64,000 nt of DNA from Octopus bimaculoides (GCF_001194135.2 NC_068986.1:90101747-90165746), one strand, 5' to 3'; counted from the stretch's first letter, positions 12,810-24,082 are shown. Numbers and translations: made by a program. Notes: generated by a model from the letters alone, not told the origin.

Positions 12810-13146
12810 GGATGTTTACTTTCACTCTATCACTTTATTGAGTGTATTTTTTTCTCATTCACACAGCACTTTCCAGACAGACCAATCGATTATCGTAATT
12901 TATGCACAACCGCACGGTAGTTCTAATCATCTCTTATAAAAAAGCTTGGTTTTTGACTGACCAGTAGAAATCTTTGCTGTTGTGACATGGCTCCATAATC
13001 CTACCGCAAGACTTGCTCTATCATTTCTCCATTTATCTTTTTCTTATATCCTCTCATTCCACAGACGAAGAGAATCATGGCTTTGCGTACGCACACACAT
13101 AATAGAAATTTTAAATTCCTACAACGGGAGTGTCCTTCATTCTCCC

Positions 13147-13182
<36 letters not shown>

Positions 13183-14835
13183 TCGCACACACATACACAC
13201 ACGTTGTATAAACGATTTACCATACATGTGCATTCCTATGGAATAGAGTCGGAAAATATCTAGTGTCCCAACCCGTAGTTTCTTCGGTTATGTATTTTTC
13301 AGGCACACTAAGTAATTTTCGACTCTATTCCTCGGGTTTTCACAACCAGAATAATTATATTTGGCAGAATTAATTAACTATTTCTAATCTACATCTATAT
13401 AGGAATCTTCATTATTCTTCTCATTCTTGAATGACCTGACGTATTGCTGGTCTGAACAATTTTATGTATCTTTAATGTGATTTCATGAGGTCGGCAAAAT
13501 CTAATTATTCTACATATATATTATATTTTATGTAATTGAAGCAATGATATCAATTGTCTGACTTTTCATGATCAGATGTTCACCAATGATTTATTGCTTT
13601 TATTAAGCATTCCTGAGAGAATGTTATATTTATTTCTGACAGGTGGGTGAACCGAGTTACAGGAATAGAATATCCTGTCCAGAAACAACGAAATGCCTGT
13701 ACCCATATTTGAACATAGCGCTTTATTCCTCCGGACCTTTCATCCCCACGCAAAAAGCGCACACAGTAATCAACATGGAGGCCGTTTCTACATCATCGCT
13801 AGAAACAACATCTAAATCGCCTCTTACTCTCTTTAAATACGTAGGACACATTAGATAATCGGTATTTCTTGAAGGGAATTGAAATTCGCAAGCTTCTAAC
13901 GTCTCAGATATAGGAAGTCGGATCTTTCCCGTTTGAGTTTCAGAACAGCAAATGTGTTCTGTAATCACCGAACCAATAAATGTTTTGTGAGTGAATCGCG
14001 CCTTTGTTCCCTCCACCACTTAACAATTGCTGTTCGTTTGTTTGGCAAAAGAGACCGATAGAAAAATAAGTCCTCGGTTCGATTTGATTGACTAAACTCT
14101 CCAAGACAGTGCCTTGCTATGGCCGCAGTCCAATGATTGAAACGTGTAAAAGAATAAATGAAAATAGTATATGTAGCAAATGATTTCAAATTTTCATTAC
14201 ATTGTGTCAAAGTCGCTTCGAAAGGTTTTTAAATGCTGCAGTTGATATTTAAAAGATTTCTCACGAAACAAACTTATTTTTCAGAAATGCTTAAAACTTA
14301 GATGTCTAGTCATGAACCTGAGACACCATAGAGATCTGGGATCCTACTGATTAAAAGATATCCACTATGTTGGACGAGTACAATGTGGGTTTACTAAAAT
14401 GTTTAGTCATAGTGAATTTTCTTAAAATTTTCATAGGATAACCTAATTTTTGCTTAATACATGTAATATGAGAGGGGATGGGTAGATAGCGACCAGGCAG
14501 AAGCAATCCATGCGCCATTACCAAAGGGAACTGAGAATCATAAACCTGAATGTTGTGGCTGAAATATTACTGAAAAATCATCCAACAATGAATTATATCA
14601 TGAATAAAGAAACAAGTTCGACTGCAAAATGGTTTTAGAGCAGGAATGGCAACTCATGAGGGAATATCTATCTAACCCAAGAATCGTTTAAAAAGGATCT
14701 AGACATAAATTAAAATGTTTACAAATGCTTTATAGACTATAGCAAGGTATTTGTCTAGTAAAACACGTAAAGAAGATCGAATGTTGTATCAGGACATGAT
14801 GAGGATCTCCGAAAAACAAAAATGTACAGGAAACT

Positions 14836-15254
14836 TTGTTGGCACTCCGTCGCTTACGACGTCGCGGGTTCAAGTTGATCCGATCAACGGAACAGCCTGC
14901 TCGTGAAATTAACGTGCAAGTGGCTGAGCACTCCACAGACACGTGTACCCTTAACGTAGTTCTCGGGGATATTCAGCGTGACACAGTGTGACAAGGCTGG
15001 CCCTTTGAAATACAGGTACAACAGAAACAGGAAGTAAGAGTGAGAGAAAGTTGTGGTGGAAGAGTACAGCAGGGTTCGCCACCATCCCCTGCCGGAGCCT
15101 CGTGGAACTTTAGGTGTTTTCGCTTAATAAACACTCACAACGCCCGGTCTGNNNNNNNNNNNNNNNNNNNNNNNNNNNNNNNNNNNNNNNNNNNNNNNNN
15201 NNNNNNNNNNNNNNNNNNNNNNNNNNNNNNNNNNNNNNNNNNNGCCTCCACGTG
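14836..15254 (-). mobile_element. tRNA-derived SINE (family A), full length with gap
   Basis: Near-identical to 25387-25763, with a 9-bp TSD caggaaact (14827-14835 and 15255-15263). Confidence 0.9.
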
Positions 15255-15270
15255 CAGGAAACTAACAGTA

Positions 15271-16764
15271 CACTGAACCGCAAAAGAAACGCGATTTTTT
15301 CAAATGTCATTTTTATATGGTAAATTCTGAAAATTTATTTCGGGGATGTAAGTGTAAATATTCCAAGACATGCTGGTTTATGTCTGAGACGCTAATTGCA
15401 GGTAACCTTTCAATTTTCCCTCAAATGAGACGCCAAAACGCAGCTGCGTTGAATGTCGTGGGTGGCAGTCGCAAACGATTGTCATGAAAACCGAAATTCA
15501 CGTGCATCTCGTGGAGGTTATGGGTATAAAAATCAACTTGAACCGTGTAATTTGTAATTTGGAAGCATCGAGTAAGACCCGATTGTCAGCAGCGCAGAGT
15601 GAACAAGCTCTCGGCCGATTGCAAGCAGGGCAGCGTGCCATGGTTGTTGTGAAAGCTTACAATATCCATATCAGCACTATCTATTGCCTGCAACAGCGAT
15701 ACAACAACACCAACAGCACTGCAGACCGTGCTCGCAGAGAGCGCCCCCGGGTGACCACGCTTAAGCAGGACCGCTTCATCCATCTGCAACACTTCCGTGA
15801 TCGCTTCGGACCGGCCAGCATGACAACTCGCAAGACCATTCGCACTGGACAGCGACGGCACGGTATGACGTTGACTGGCCGCCAACAACCTGCGTTGCCG
15901 TCGTCCTGCTCGAGAGCCTGTCCTCACCGCTCACCACAGTCAGACACGACTACAGTGGGCTACACAGCACCGACATTAGCAGTATCAACAATGAAGGTCG
16001 ACTGTCTTCTCTGATGAGAGCCGGTACTACGTTTCCACCTCGGATGGTAGAGTGAGGATGTGGCGTAGGAGGGGTGAACACTACAGAGACTCGTGTCATT
16101 GAGAGAGACGCGTGGGGTGGCCAAAGCATCGTTGTTTGGGGTGCTATAGGCCTGAATCAGAGAATTGGGCCCCATGCATTCTAAAATGTTGGTGTAGGCA
16201 GAGGGAATGGCATCACAGCGCAGCGCTACGTTGGCCAGATCCTGAGACCTCACATCGTGCCCTTCTTCGCGCGTCAACATAGCCACGTGTTCCAACAGGA
16301 CAATGCTCCTTTCCATACGGCCAGGGTCAATATCAGAACTATGCTGTGACCAGCCCTCAGCCCGGATTTGAACCTAATTGAACACCTGTGGGATGAAATC
16401 CAGAGACAGCCGAACCAGGTGGTCCCAAGGCCGACAACTCATGTGGAACTGGACGCAACTTTCCTCAGGGTGTGGGTACAGGCGCCAATGGCTTTTGTGA
16501 ACCTCCTCATGCACTCCATTACCGACAGTGTATGGCCGTTTTGAACACCCAGGGGGAGCATACACGGTTTTGAACATGTCACGTCTTACAGTGTTGATGT
16601 GCATGGATCCGCCCACTACCAGAACACATGACAACGACCCATAGTCTGTGGTCAAAATGCATCCAAAAAATTGACTTTATCAGATCTATCAAAATTTATC
16701 TGACAATGAAATTAAAACATATTTCACAGTCACACACGTCTCGCGTTTCTTTTGCGGTTCAGTG
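15271..16764 (+). mobile_element. Tc1 DNA transposon, 1494 bp, frameshifted transposase
   Basis: TA TSDs, TIRs cactgaaccgcaaaagaaacgcg, an HTH region (RLSAAQSEQALGRL...RPRVTT), and catalytic motifs FSDESR, FQQDNAPFH and PALSPDLNLIEHLWDE. Confidence 0.93.
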
Positions 16765-18177
16765 TAGTGATAAGAGCTGAACATAGAAAACCCTTAGAAT
16801 TTAAGATTAGCAAGGAGATAGGCAAGGTTGAGTACTATCCTCTAGTCTATTCAACTTATACACTAAGATCTTCGGAGAAGAGGACATGACTGGTGTGTCA
16901 GTAAAATATATGAATATCAACTGTTTTAGTTATGCAGACGATATTGCCCTATTTATTCGCTTTCAACAGAAATGGCACAGAAACTTGTTAATACAGCAAA
17001 TGGCCGAGGAATGTTCGTTGAGACAAAACAGTGATGGAATAGTTAACAAAATAGTTATCAGAAAAAAAATCAGTCATTAAAATGAGTGTTACAAGCGAGG
17101 GAAAGCCAATTGAACAGACACTAAAGATAATATACTTGGGATGTGTGCAATGAGAAAACGAGCAACGTGATGCAGAAATCAGGATTGAGATAACTAAAAA
17201 GTCGTTTGAGAAAATGTCAAACACTAACTCGAAAAACATTAATATCAAAACCAGAAGATTAAGATGTTACGCATTGTCTACTCTACTATATGGAACTGAA
17301 GTATAGACATTAACAAAAGTACTATCAAAGAGATTACAAGTCTTTGAGATTTGGGTATATAAGAAGACTTTTGAGAATATCATGAAGAAAACATAAAACC
17401 AATGACGAAGCACTAAAATGATTAAAACTAAGAATATTTTATTAGACCCCATCAAAGAGAGAAAACTAAAATATTTTTGACATTCAATTAGAAAGAAATT
17501 ATTTATAGTCATTGTTGATAGCCTGGAAAACGAATGAGAAGAGAACAAGACGAAAACCTAGAATTATGTAGACGGAAAATATCAAAAATTAGACAAGGCT
17601 TAAAAATACAGAGAATATGTAAGAAGAGCTGAAGAATTGTTAAGATGGCTATTCGGGGCGTTTAACCTGCTGAGAGCAAACGATATTTGATGAAGATGAA
17701 TTTTTTTATCCTGGTCATTTCAATATTTCAAAACTTCCAAAAAAGAGGCTTTATTATGTTTTTCTTTTAAATTTTAGTAATTTAGTGACTATTTTTGTGA
17801 AACTTTTCTCAAAACTAAATTCTTTACAAGGTCATCCTGAAAGATTTAGTTGAACGCCCTTCATTAAGTAGATATATGAACGTAGTACTTTATTACAAAT
17901 AGTAATCCCAAGAGAATAAGCAGAACATCTGGTAAAAGTATTTTCCGTAAGGGTTTAATAGATATAAATCTTACGAATTTTCTTAAATGTGTGGGGTCCC
18001 TAATTCCTATGTTGGCTAAGCTTCTCCTTTTGATGTGTCTGCGTGTATCTAATATTTGTGTGTTTATGTGTGTGTGTATAATCTAAATGATGCATTTGTG
18101 TTTTGCTTATCAGTCGTTACCCTTGTTTCTGCATTCGTATATGAACTTATTTTATATTAATATTTGGGGGTTCTAAA

Positions 18178-18385
18178 GATGGCGAGCTGGCAAAATCGTT
18201 AGCACGTCGAACAAAAAGGTATTTTTTCCAGTTTTAGATTTTTAGTTTGAATACCACAGAGATCAACTTGGTCCTTCATCTTTTCGAGGGTCGGTAAAAT
18301 AAGTACTAGTTGAGCACTGTGTCGATGTAACTGACTAACTCCTCCCCCAAGATTTACGGCCTTGTGCCTTTAGTTGAAAAAACTA
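18178..18385 (+). mobile_element. tRNA-derived SINE (family B)
   Basis: ggcgagctggcaaaatcgttagc head and ccttcatc...ggtcggtaaaataagtac core. There are many further copies (for example 29357, 38770-38945, 44175, 48440-49460, 57815, 61075-62090). Confidence 0.8.
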
Positions 18386-19099
18386 TGTGGGTTTTCCTAT
18401 AAGGTGTAGTTTTTCATATCATGTAAACTAGTCTTATCGAATGAAGAAAAATTATTTTATCGTATGTTCTCTTAGATACAACGGCTGATAAGAAACGGGA
18501 TGGTCTGAGATGGAACGTCTAATTGACCATTGCGTAAACTTTAACGTTACTCTTATGGCAATTAAAAAAGTTCCTTTTGCGAATTCATTTTCTAAGAAGA
18601 GATACTGGAGTTTCGTGGAACTTTTCCAAAGTTTAGCATATAATTCTAACTAGGTGTTACTGACTGAACTTCTGTAATAAAGCCTTGTAGCGGAGATTCG
18701 AAACCTAACCGCTAGATATTCGGTTAGATACCATGAGTGAGCCACCACAGTTTCGCATGATTGATATATGTATAAATCGATCAATCAGCGTGAAGCTGTC
18801 ACCTGATATGGCTTACTTGGATATTTTAAAATTTAACCCATTTTCACCTTATAAAAACCGTTTGGCGCCTAACTTATGGAAGAGTGTCAGGAATGACCGA
18901 CTGATTTACGCGACTCGTTTCTTGCCAGGAAGACGACCTCCGTCATTCGAGCACACAATTTCGGACTTTTGCGCAGACGATTTGTCACTCAGTCAGACTC
19001 ATTCTGAACAGTCACACGATGTCTAAATTACTAAGTTTTCAAACGCTGGACTAAACTTTGAACCTGTGTCCTTCACATAGTCAAAGCAAAAGATTAAAT

Positions 19100-19430
19100 C
19101 CAATAAAAACCAAAAATAGCAAAAACTACTGGTACACCTTGTACCTACCTATCAAAAGAAATACATTTAAATATTCACACCTGCTTACAAAGTCCTACAT
19201 ACATGAATAAATTCTTAGCAATAACATAACCTCAAATTTAACTAATAAAACGTTTTTCAAAACATCTTTCCAAAAAAACCCACCCTAAAACAAACATACC
19301 CAAGGAAGATTTTAACTCGAGATTATATAAAGCCAAGATTAACTTCAATGCATCGCAGTCCAACGGTGGCTTAACTGGAAGAAACTTCGAAGTCACTGTC
19401 AATAATATATTTGTTTAAGAATATAAAACG
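19100..19430 (+). mobile_element. Degenerate Penelope-like GIY-YIG endonuclease fragment
   Basis: EDFNSRLYKAKINFNASQSNGGLTGRNFEV resembles the SGIY...YIGQTGRNF pattern and lies about 700 bp from the hammerhead pLTR. Confidence 0.4.
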
Positions 19431-19524
19431 TCTACTCCACAAAAATGTAGAGTAACCCATCAAATTAATGTAAAATTATTTCTATTATAACTGAACATAA
19501 AGACAAACATTTGCATATATACAT

Positions 19525-19887
19525 AGGTGCAGGAGTGGCTGTGTGATAAGTAGCTTGCTTACTAACCACATGGTTCCGGGTTCAGTCCCACTGCGTGGAA
19601 CCTTGGGCAAGTGCCTTCTACTATACCTCGGGCTGACCAAAGCCTTGTGAGTGGATTTAGTAGATGGAAACTGAAAGAAGCCCGTCGTATATATATATAT
19701 ATATATATATNNNNNNNNNNGACAACCGATGCTGGTGTGTTTACGTCCCCGTAACTTACCGGTTCGGCAAAAGAGACCGATAGAATAAATACTAGGCTTA
19801 CAAAGTATAAGTCCTGGGGTCGATTCGTTTGACTAAAGGCGGTGCTCCAGCATGGCCGCAGTCAAATGACTGAAACGAATAAAAGAA
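19525..19887 (+). mobile_element. tRNA-derived SINE (family C), complete, with internal (TA)n microsatellite
   Basis: tRNA-like head ggtgcaggagtggctgtg...ggttcagtccc, (TA)n plus gap, and a 3' half ending catggccgcagtcaaatgactgaaac. Confidence 0.85.
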
Positions 19888-20084
19888 TATGTATATACGC
19901 AAGTATTTAGGAGTGATGATGAGTGTTCAATGCAGCATCATTGGATAAAAATTCTTTATTTGTGGATTAACAAGACAAGCAATGGTTTCGTATGGAAGAG
20001 ACATTCGCAATTGTTCAAGTGAATTCCTTGGAAATGTGCACTGGAGACGAGTATCAACATTGTGAATATCTCGTCTATATATAT

Positions 20085-20413
20085 ATATACAAATTTAGTA
20101 AATGGAGTAAATCGCATATGTTAAATGAATTCTTTTATTTCCAACATATGTTTCGAAGATTACAAATTGTACCTTCCAAAGGAATAGGTGATGTTGATAA
20201 GGATGTAATCTTCTCTTCAGGGAAATACATAGGAACCAGCTTAACCGTAAGACATTTTAATCGAATGTGATAACTGTAGGTAGAGAAGATTACATCCTTA
20301 TCAACATCACCTATTCCTTTGGAAGGTACAATTTGTAATCTTCGAAACATATGTTGGAAATAAAAGAATTCATTTAACATATGCGTTTCACTCCATTTAC
20401 TAAATTTGTATAT
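20085..20413. repeat. 132-bp near-perfect inverted repeat (20085-20216 and 20282-20413, 65-nt spacer); Penelope-like pLTR inverted duplication
   Basis: The arms are reverse complements with 2 mismatches by eye and contain the CGAAAC...AATAAA motif and the hammerhead body. Confidence 0.85.
20136..20227 (-). ncRNA. Type I hammerhead ribozyme (Penelope-like element type, palindromic stem III)
   Basis: The minus strand reads UAUUUCC - CUGAAGA - GAAGAUUACA (39-nt loop) UGUAAUCUUC - GAAA - CAUAUGU - U / GGAAAUA. Stem I is a perfect 7 bp, stem II a perfect 10 bp, stem III is the palindrome ACAUAUGU, and the cleavage triplet is GUU (cut between 20143 and 20142). Confidence 0.8.
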
Positions 20414-20569
20414 TTACTCAAGTACCCAAAATAACAAGGAGTTTCTACCTCATAAACAGGAGTTACACCACAGTCATTTTGTGATTTTTGCTACCCTGGT
20501 ATCTATTAACCAATTTATTTTGTCGGAGTTAATTATTAACTTAGAGAAAATAAATACATATAATAATAA

Positions 20570-20606
<37 letters not shown>

Positions 20607-20671
20607 GAATCGAAACCGCGATCCTACGACCGCGAGTCCGCTGCCCTAACCACTGGGCCATTGCGCCCCCA

Positions 20672-21160
20672 CTCTCTTATGGTAAAAAGGAATGAAAAAA
20701 CCCACTTCGTTCAGTGTTGCCATCTAAGATATTTTTTCTTCATGGTAACTGCAGTGTATTTGTCTTTAACAGTTGAAGTATGTGACAAACATATTTCAAC
20801 TAATCTAAATTCTGCTCACACCCAAACACTGCTTTGCGCCAATGCTCCGTTAATTGATTTGATCGGGCGATCTACTAGCGCAAATCAGTGAACATATTGA
20901 CTAAATTATATATAAAGCTATAGCTTTATTAAGTTCGTTCAGGGTTGTATAATAACTCGAAACATCGATGTCTGACATTCCCGAGAGATGGCGACACTGA
21001 ACGAATTGGGTTTTTTCACACCTTCTTATCATAAGAGAGGTTTTTCTCCACGGTAACTGCAGTGTATTTGCCTTTAGCAGTTGCAATATGTTACAAACAT
21101 ATTTTACCTAACCTAAATTCTGCTCATATCTAAACACTGCTTTGCGCTAATGCTCCGTTA
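20672..21160. repeat. Composite repeat: 54-bp inverted pair (20672-20725 and 20986-21039) interleaved with a 120-bp direct pair (20733-20852 and 21041-21160)
   Basis: Both pairs are visible by direct alignment at roughly 80-85% identity. Confidence 0.8.
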
Positions 21161-21604
21161 GTATATGTGTCTCTGTGTGTGTATTTCTATTCTTATTAAT
21201 TTTTATATATCTTGCCATCCGTCCAACACCAAGCATTTGATCTGCGCTGCATAATGCAATAAAAGACTCCCCTGATGTGGTGTTGTGACCCAACATCCAA
21301 TTGCACTTGGAACATCACTGCAAAGAATGCAAATAACCACAATGGTGAAAGGTATGTAGGGAAGAAATGATATAAACTTATTTATCATAATTTCATACAC
21401 ACACACACACACACACACACATACACACATACGCGCGCACGCAAACAATTGAAAGGCACAGGCATAAGTGTGTAGTTAAGACACTTGCCCAAGATGCCCG
21501 TGGCAGGAACATTGGACAAGTGTCTTCTACTATTACCTCGGGCCGGCCAATACTTTGTGAGTAAATTTGGTAGTGTGGAAGTGGAAGCTTGTCGAATGCT
21601 CTTA

Positions 21605-22165
21605 TACACGTTTCAGTCATTTGACTGTGGCCATGCTGGAGCATCGCTTTTAGTCGAAGAAATCGATCTCAAGACTTATTCTTTGTAAACCTAGTACTTA
21701 TTTTATCGGTTCTTTTGCCGAACCGCTTTTTCGGGGATGTAAACACACCAACATCAGTTGTCAAGTGATCGTGGGTGGTGCGATAAACACACACACACAC
21801 ACAGTTGAAATTTACAGAAAAACAAAAGACGAAGACAGGTGTATAAACAACAAGCAGGTGTATTAGTTTGATGCTAAGGAAAGTGAGAAAGCCTTTTACG
21901 TTTCGAGCCTACGCTNNNNNNNNNNNNNNNNNNNNNNNNNNNNNNNNNNNNNNNNNNNNNNNNNNNNNNNNNNNNNNNNNNNNNNNNNNNATATATATAC
22001 ACGACGGGCTTCTTTCAGTTTCCGTCTACCAAATCCACTCACAAGGCTTTGGTCGGCCCGAGGCTATAGTAGAAGACACTTGCCCAAGGTGTCACGCAGT
22101 GGGACTGAACCTGGAACCATATGGTTTGGAAGCAAGCTTCTTACTACCCAGCTGCGCCCGCGCCT
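21605..22165 (-). mobile_element. SINE family C copy with a Penelope-like fragment and gap in its central microsatellite
   Basis: 3' half at 21605-21800 and 5' half at 22000-22165, with foreign sequence at 21805-21915 between them. Confidence 0.75.
21891..21915 (-). ncRNA. 3' half of a second hammerhead ribozyme; the 5' core falls in the adjacent N gap
   Basis: The minus strand reads (G)AGC-GUAG-GCUC-GAAA-CGU-A-AAAGGC: a stem II hairpin, GAAA, palindromic ACGU stem III and a GUA site. Confidence 0.45.
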
Positions 22166-22319
22166 CCACACAACCACCTGAAGGATTGCTGCAATAAGAG
22201 TGTGAATCTGAGATGGGAATATGTTGAATAAAATCATAACTAACTAATCCTCCTGTATTTTCTTTTACTCAAAGCCATGAACTTTTCAGCACCCATCATC
22301 TCTCTATATATAATCTTCT

Positions 22320-22560
22320 ATCTTCTATATAAAATCGTTTGTATGTCTGTCTGTTCCCATTGCATTCTCAAATGGCTCAACCAAATCAAATCAAATTTTA
22401 CATGGCAATTCTATCACACCTCAGGAGTGTCAACATGTGATTTTTTGGGATTAAAACAATAGAACTGATTCTGTATTATGTCTGAAGAATAAAAGTGAAA
22501 CCTTTGACGGAGTAAGTTATAAATCATTGCACTTTTAAATTGTTTCATTTTTAATAGTTT
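22320..22560 (+). mobile_element. Possible Helitron 5' end
   Basis: TC-TATATA start followed by gtttgtatgtctgtctg...ggctcaaccaaatc...aaatttt. The 3' end was not found and may lie in the gap. Confidence 0.35.
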
Positions 22561-23375
22561 CACTATGTATATATATATATATATATATNNNNNNNNNNNN
22601 NNNNNNNNNNNNNNNNNNNNNNNNNNNNNNNNNNNNNNNNNNNNNNNNNNNNNNNNNNNNNNNNNNNNNNNNNNNNNNNNNNNNNNNNNNNNNNNNNNNN
22701 NNNNNNNNNNNNNNNNNNNNNNNNNNNNNNNNNNNNNNNNNNNNNNNNNNNNNNNNNNNNNNNNNNNNNNNNNNNNNNNNNNNNNNNNNNNNNNNNNNNN
22801 NNNNNNNNNNNNNNNNNNNNNNNNNNNNNNNNNNNNNNNNNNNNNNNNNNNNNNNNNNNNNNNNNNNNNNNNNNNNNNNNNNNNNNNNNNNNNNNNNNNN
22901 NNNNNNNNNNNNNNNNNNNNNNNNNNNNNNNNNNNNNNNNNNNNNNNNNNNNNNNNNNNNNNNNNNNNNNNNNNNNNNNNNNNNNNNNNNNNNNNNNNNN
23001 NNNNNNNNNNNNNNNNNNNNNNNNNNNNNNNNNNNNNNNNNNNNNNNNNNNNNNNNNNNNNNNNNNNNNNNNNNNNNNNNNNNNNNNNNNNNNNNNNNNN
23101 NNNNNNNNNNNNNNNNNNNNNNNNNNNNNNNNNNNNNNNNNNNNNNNNNNNNNNNNNNNNNTATATTATTTTCTTCATTTTGTACTTCTTTGTAAAAAAA
23201 CATTTTCATTCTCCTTCTTCTTGATAATTTGCTTTTCGCAATGAAAACCGGTTAGAAGAAATCTTTATTAAAATATGCTTCCAGTTTAGCATTCTGGCTT
23301 TTTTTCATTTTCCTATATATATATATATATATATATAGTGGCAAGAGGGACTGTTTGGTAAGAAGCTTACTTCCT

Positions 23376-23905
23376 GAAGCCCCCCACTCTGTGAGTGGGA
23401 CAGCGACTATATGGCCTTCTACCGCAGGGGAGGGGCTGTGGAGGAATATTTGGAACATTTGTTAAAACGTGATCGGTATGAGTCCGGCTGCATGAGCTGT
23501 ACGTGGTGGCCCTTCACAGGTACACTCGTAGGCCGTGAGCAACAAGGAGTTGTCCCAAATTGTGAACCTTTTTGGGAGGGAGGACGTGCAGTACCTCAAA
23601 GTGGACCCCGACCTATCGCAGCAGGCTTACCAGCAGGCTGCGAGAACGGTGCTCGGGGAATAATGTAAGAGGCTTGATACGCCTAATTGTTGTTTTCAAT
23701 AATATTGAACTTTTGTAAATACTTTGTAATTAGTTTGAACCTTGAACCCTTTGAACAGTGTTTTCGAGGGGTTATCAGTCGGTGGGCTCTGGTACCCCTT
23801 TCATTCTCATTCATTCCTGTCTTATCATAACTCATTAATGTATTTGTCTAGCCCTTGCTTCTTGCAAATCTATGTAAATGCCTTCTTGGCAAATTCTATG
23901 AAATA
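23376..23905 (+). mobile_element. 530-bp retroposed insertion with 16-bp TSD inside a SINE C head
   Basis: TSD aagaagcttacttcct at 23360-23375 and 23906-23921. A degenerate reading frame ends at TAA 23663, followed by a 3' UTR ending in AATAAA. Confidence 0.8.
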
Positions 23906-24045
23906 AAGAAGCTTACTTCCTAACCACATGGTTCCGGGTTCAGTCACACTGCGTGGCACCTTGGGCAAGTCTCTTCTATTATAGACTCGGGCCGATCATA
24001 GCCATGTGAGTGGATTTGATAGATGGAAACAGAAAGAAGCCCGTC

Positions 24046-24082
<37 letters not shown>

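Larger units (their letters stand above)
14400..17700 (+). mobile_element. Decayed RTE-clade LINE RT region, split by a SINE and a Tc1 element
   Basis: CFIDYSK at about 14725, KLTVVIRAEHRKPLEFKISK reconstructed across the Tc1 site, YADD at 16931-16942, LYGTEV, and a gatgaagatgaa tail. The left boundary is approximate. Confidence 0.75.

Noticed and set aside
18733-19026. 97-aa ORF in CpG-rich non-repeat sequence
   Set aside because: No recognisable motif or splice support; it includes a reversed tRNA-like SINE remnant.
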